Part shown: positions 33,401 through 39,400 of the stretch, one piece after another | How the letters are laid out: the number at the start of each line of letters is the position of its first letter | Position numbering within the stretch: position 1 is the first letter of the stretch | Source of the DNA: a virus | Length of the DNA: 64,000 nt | Virus record (IMG/VR): IMGVR_UViG_3300027762_000294 | Coordinates: 11,469-75,468 of that record | Strand: one strand, 5' to 3' | Notes under the pieces: model-generated | Told to the model about the DNA's origin: nothing | Database searches by the model: none | What the model saw: the letters and a program-made list of their open reading frames with translations, nothing else | Position numbers and translations under genes: made by a program

Positions 33401-36400
33401 ATCATATAGGTTAAGGTAACGTCAGTTTCTATTTGATTGACTTCACTAGCAGTCAACTGAGACCCTGCTTTTTTGATTGCCAATGAAACATCACTATTGA
33501 TAGACTTAAGGATATCCTCTACTTTCTTTTTTGTATCTCCTAAAAGAGTGTCAGCACTGAAATCACCATCTTTTAATGCTTCGTTAAATGCCTTTATGTC
33601 TATATCCGGTTGAATAGCATACTTAACTTTCATACCTTCATTAGCTAACTTACCTGCGACATACCCCTCATCTTTACTGAATAGTCTTGTAAAGAAATTA
33701 CCACTATCCTTAGTATTCACTTTAGTGTTGTGCTTTTGTAATTCAGAAGTTGCATTTGTAATATCCAAGAGTTTTGTCTTTCTCAGAAAATTATCCGTTA
33801 TTCTAACAGACGTACTTAGATTGTTTAAATCGAGCTTAGCATGATCCTTTTGAATGACCGTTTCTAATTTTCCCAACGTGGCTGCAGATATACGATCATA
33901 CTCGTCCAACAAAGACGTCATACTCAAATTGCCAACTTTTATAGCCTCTTGTTTAAGCACTCCCAACAGAGCTTGGTAACGTTTAGGTTCCTCAGTTTTA
34001 AGTTTGTCAATGTCAATATCAAAATCAATAGCAACCCCCACACTAGCCCCAGTCTTTGCGTATCGTGTATTAAGTTGGTTTTGAGTTTGGGTCATAGAGT
34101 CTCTAACTTGCTTAAACTCGCTTTCCTTACCTAAAATTTTACTTACAAGATTGGGATCTAACTTACTAATGTAGTTGTTAACCTCTGCTTTTAAGTTAGA
34201 CTCTACAGCCTTCTCTTTTTTGAACTCGGTCGCAAGGTTAATGAACTCTTTAGCATCATCATTACTTTTGCTGATTTCTTCTAAGAAAAAATCTTTAAAC
34301 TGTAAGACAGCTTTAGTTCTCAACATGCTCAAATTTTTATTAACATCTTCTTGTTTTAAATCCAGCCCTTCCCCACTCATGGGACTTTTCATTCTCTTTA
34401 ATTGAGTATTTAGTAAATGGTCGGCACTCTTAAACTTCTCAAACATCAATGTGTAAAATTCATCATTACTTATATCTAAAGATTTAACAAACCCTTTGAT
34501 TAAATTGTTGTTGACTTCGTAAGCAATTTTAGGATTTAAATCTAGACCAACTCCTTTTGCTTGCTTAGTCACCAAATCCCGCTCGTCCTTTAAAGATCTA
34601 ATTTGTCGTGTTGTGTCTATGCTTGCTTTGGTGTTTAAATACCCTGCTTTAATAAAATCCTCTAACTTGGTCAATTGGTCTGTTAGTTTAGTATATTGCT
34701 CAGTATATTCAACTCTTTTTATCCCTTGGACTTCTTCCTGTTTAGAAGCTTTCATTTTATTGTTGAGTTGGTATATGTCCTCAAATTGGTTTCTAGATTT
34801 TACAGGAGGTTCAACACTCACATCTACAGTTTTAACAAGTTGAGGTTCAACCAAAATTTCATAGCGCTTTTTTAGCATTTCTTTTTTAAGAATTGTGTCG
34901 TCTGCTATTAAGGTCACTGTTTGTGGAATGGGCTCCTCAAAATAAGACATGACGGCATTATAACCGCTGTATTCAAGGATTAAATTTTTTAAAGCTTCGC
35001 CATATTTTCCTAAACTTTCTGTTAATTGGTCAAACGACATATCCTCAATAACTTTAATAAAACTGTAAAATGCGGAGGCAACAGCTAAAACCAAAGTGGG
35101 TAATGTGGTTAACATGGTAAATAATTTGTTTCCCTTTTGAAAACCTACCATGGTTTTGTGCAAGAGAATAACAGCGGCAGTTAAAGCAGCCAGCAACATT
35201 AACACATTGGGAGTGTCTTTTAAGAATATTCCTGTAATTGCCCCTACAATCAAAAATATCATTTTGTATTTACCAAACATGACAGAGAGGTACCCACTTT
35301 GGGCAATGGTTAGTAAAGATAAACCCATGATCACTAACGATAAATTGTCTACCTGTTTGGCAAAATTAACAATTAAAGGGGACATAACAGAAAACAGAGC
35401 GGCTATGATTCCCAAAGGATTGCTCACTTTAAAAAAAGCCATTCCCACTACAGTGATAACTGACACTATATCCAAGAAACCTATATTTAAACTTTTGATT
35501 TTGTTGCTGATTGTGTCAAATAATTGCCCTACTCTTTCGAGCATAGTAACGTCTAAATTTTCTAAATCTACAGTTACAGTTTCCTGTAAATTATAAGAAA
35601 CGTATTTGTTAACTTCCTCTATAATTTGTGCACTATTCTTTTTATCTTTGAATTGTTGGTAATTCCTTAGTCCCATGTCCACGACACTATTGCCAGGGGC
35701 TGCACTTACAAATCCCAATTCAGAAGCATGGGCTTTATTCATTGTAGACTCTAAAGATAACCATCCCGTCATTACAGCTGCAATCCCCAATGTCCATTTA
35801 GCAAACGGGTTTAACGCTCCTAAACTCACAAAGGAAGATTTAACACTTCCCATTATTTGCACTATATAGGTTAAGGCAGAAATCAATGGGGTGAATTTCA
35901 ATCCCACGGTCGAAAACGTCATGCTCATTATGAGACCCAATACTTTTAGCACAGCTGTTAATTGAGATATTACTCCCATTAAACTTTTAGAATGTTGGGT
36001 GATTAGAACAATAGATTTCAAGAAATTCAAATGAATAGCATTGCGTATAATCAAGAACACTTGCGCTAAACTTTTACCTTGTCTTATCAGTGAATACGTT
36101 TGAAATGAAATTGTAGCAAAGAATAACATTAGTACCGCGATAGGCAGCGATTTCTCAAAACTGAGAACGGCTGTAACAAGCAATCCAATAGCAGACACTA
36201 AGGCTAATAAAGGCAACATTGTTGATAACATCCCTATTTTCAGTAATGCTAGGGCGGCGGTTAAAAATCCAATGTAAGTTAAAGATTGTGACCACGAATT
36301 ATTCAAAAGGATGATGACGTTCACAACTGCCAACACTGGACTTATGAATGCTGATAACACGATCAAAGCTAACGTCATACTGGGAATTACAGCGTTCATA

Positions 36401-39400
36401 ATGGTTGACGCCAACGCCTTTAAAATCTCAACAATGGGTCCCATCATATACATCACAGCCCCCATGATTGCGATAGAAACCATTTGACTTTTTACCATTC
36501 CCAAAATACCACTGGTTGCTGTAACAACCGATTGTCCAAATCCTTTAACTACAGCTCCGACTTGTGCAACAGCCCCTGAAAACACCCCAGTTGTTTTCAC
36601 ACTGTTTCCTATTGTGGAGTTGTATCTTTCTTGGACTTTGGAGTTTTCTTCTAATATTTTTCGCTCTTCTAACATAGACGCTAATTTAGCTTGTTGTGCC
36701 GCTATACTAGCCTTACCCTCATTGGTCTTTGGATCACTCACGTCTTTAGTAGCTGTTAAAACGCTGGTTTGCAATTTAATATCTAAAGATTTTTGCAATA
36801 ACTCCGCTTTGTAGTCTCTATAAAAATTAGCATTAAACTTTCCTGCTGTATCTCTAACAGAAGTCAGCGATTCTCCCGTAAGTGTTTTGAATGCATCCCT
36901 GATTATTTTAGGGTCTGTTAACAGTTTTATATCTCTACCGAATTCTTTGGACAACCCCTTCATTATTTTGTCTACATTCTTTGGGTTGTCTGCCATAACT
37001 TTGTCATAAACGTTTTGTGGAATTTTATAAAATTCCTTAAGAGAATTAGCTATTTTATTAACATCTTTCTCCGGGTATTGCCATATAGGTTTCCCTTGTC
37101 TGTCAAGACCTACATGAGGATGGATAGACCCTATTAGAGACTGAATTTTAGTCATGTCACCCTTGTAATTCAAAAGGTCTTTTGTTAATGCTGCCAATTT
37201 ACTATTATCAGGTCCTTTTAAAAATTCTCCTGCTTTAGCCTGCCCGCCAATAATATCCCTGTAACTGCCGGTCGAGGGCATAAGGATTGAACGTTGTGTC
37301 TCAAACGATTTATTAACCTTCTCAATATTAGCTGCACTGAATGAAGCTAATATTTTTTGACCCATTTCCCGTCGGTTATCTTCTAATGTCTTAGCTAATA
37401 ACGTATTTCCTGATTTATTAGCTGCGTTAATTTTGCTGGTAATATCTTTGTAATATGCCTCCATTCCCAAAGTTTTTATAGAAACTGAAGGGATGCTAGA
37501 ACTGAGAGCAGTTTTTAGCCCTATTGCACCTTTGTGGGTTTTTAGCAACGCCTGTCCTAACATTGCCAACGCTGCTATTAAAATGGTGATTGAGAGCGTA
37601 AAATTGTTATCTACAAATGAAGCAATGCCCTCTATTACATTGAATATGCTATTAAAAAAGCTTATTAAGGGACCGATGTAAGTGCTCACCTTTGCTACAA
37701 TGGCTGCTAGGGAATCCAACAAAAACACAATGATATTTGAAACGTCAGACAACCGCTTATGGAAAATTTCTACCACCTCAGCAGGTAACAAATTAGTATA
37801 AAAATCTTCAAAACTATCCGCTTTCTGATATAGGTCATTCATCCATAACGCTACGTATGTTAATACGGGAACGATTAAGGATTTTAAACCAAACCCAAAC
37901 TTCATCAACGCGGCAATGTACAACATTAATGACGTAAAGGCATTATTATCTATAAACTCCAGTTTACCTAAATCTTTTAAAACAAACAGCCCTACCAAAA
38001 GGGTTTTGTACATGTTTGCAAATGTTAACACCGGCTTTAAGAAACTAACAAAACGCCCCAATAACGTTATGGCAGGGGGTGTTACAGTTGTCATTTTGAT
38101 GAATATCCCAGCCACTATTAAGATGTATGCCCTGAAGTTCGTAAATCCTTCATAAAACCAAATCTGAAAATCTCTCAAGCCCGTGGTCAAACCACTAATA
38201 CCTTGGTTTATTCTGTAGATAGCTCCCACGGTTTGACCTAATAACATAGCTGGAGCTGATAGTGCTTTTCCACTAAGGGTAAAGAGTGTTTTTAATAACG
38301 CAGTTGTGGCAATCAATGAATTGCTTCCTGTCGATAACACAGTGTTTAACTCCCTAAACATGTTCATTATCACAGAGCCTAAAGCCTCAAGGGTATATAC
38401 ATCTTCGCCCATTGAGCTCAAATAACTAATGTTGGTTACCAACCCTCCCACGAGCAAAGAAGCGCCCCGAACATAACCTCCAAAATGTAACATTGCCACC
38501 CCGAGCAACGCCATTTTAGCAGGCAATCCTTCAAGAGCGTCACCATAATCCAATATACTAGATACAAAAAACATAGATATGCCGGTTGATGAAAAGGATG
38601 AGCTTATAATAAACAACCGTGTTAATGACGCTGCCAGCTCGTCAGATACTTTAATTACAAATAAAGATAGTCCTTTAGTATCTAACGCTTCGATACTTTT
38701 AATTAAACTGACGGGACCCCCTAACGCATTTAGCACGTCTATTGCTAATTTTTGAAAATTAGTTGATACAGACTCGACATCTGCCTTGAGACCTTCCTTA
38801 TCTTCTTTTAACATTAGGGTTGTATACAGCCCCCCGCGCAACAATGCTCTGGTATTGCTAAACACTACTCCTAAAAATTTCAGTTGTAGTGTTAAACTTT
38901 TTAAATCCTCTTCCGGAAACCACTTATCCACTGTAATAGGAGGATCTTTTAAGTTTGTCGAATATACCCCATGTAAAGATTTAATACTTAAGTCTACAGT
39001 AGACAAAATAAACGCTGTCTGTTTCGTGGCTTTGGACAAATTGTTAAATAACAACGTGTATAACGTCAACTTTTTTAAACTTTCCACAGGGACCGTCACA
39101 TTAGGATCGTAAGTTATAGCCCCTTGAACAGTATGTAGCTTTTTAAACTCAGAAAACAAAACGTTAATACCATCTGTGACCAATTTAGTATATGATAACA
39201 CTAGGTCTACCACAAACTTGTAAAACATCTCAATTTCAACAAATAGCGACAAAACGGTAGTTAAATTAAGCAGTTGTATAACTGTCGCAATCATCGCCCC
39301 GTAAGATAATATAGTATGAAGAGGTAGTGCGATTTTCGATAATGCTGTGAAACTACCTTGAATTTTAGTAATAACCGCAACAATATGTTGCCCCGACAAT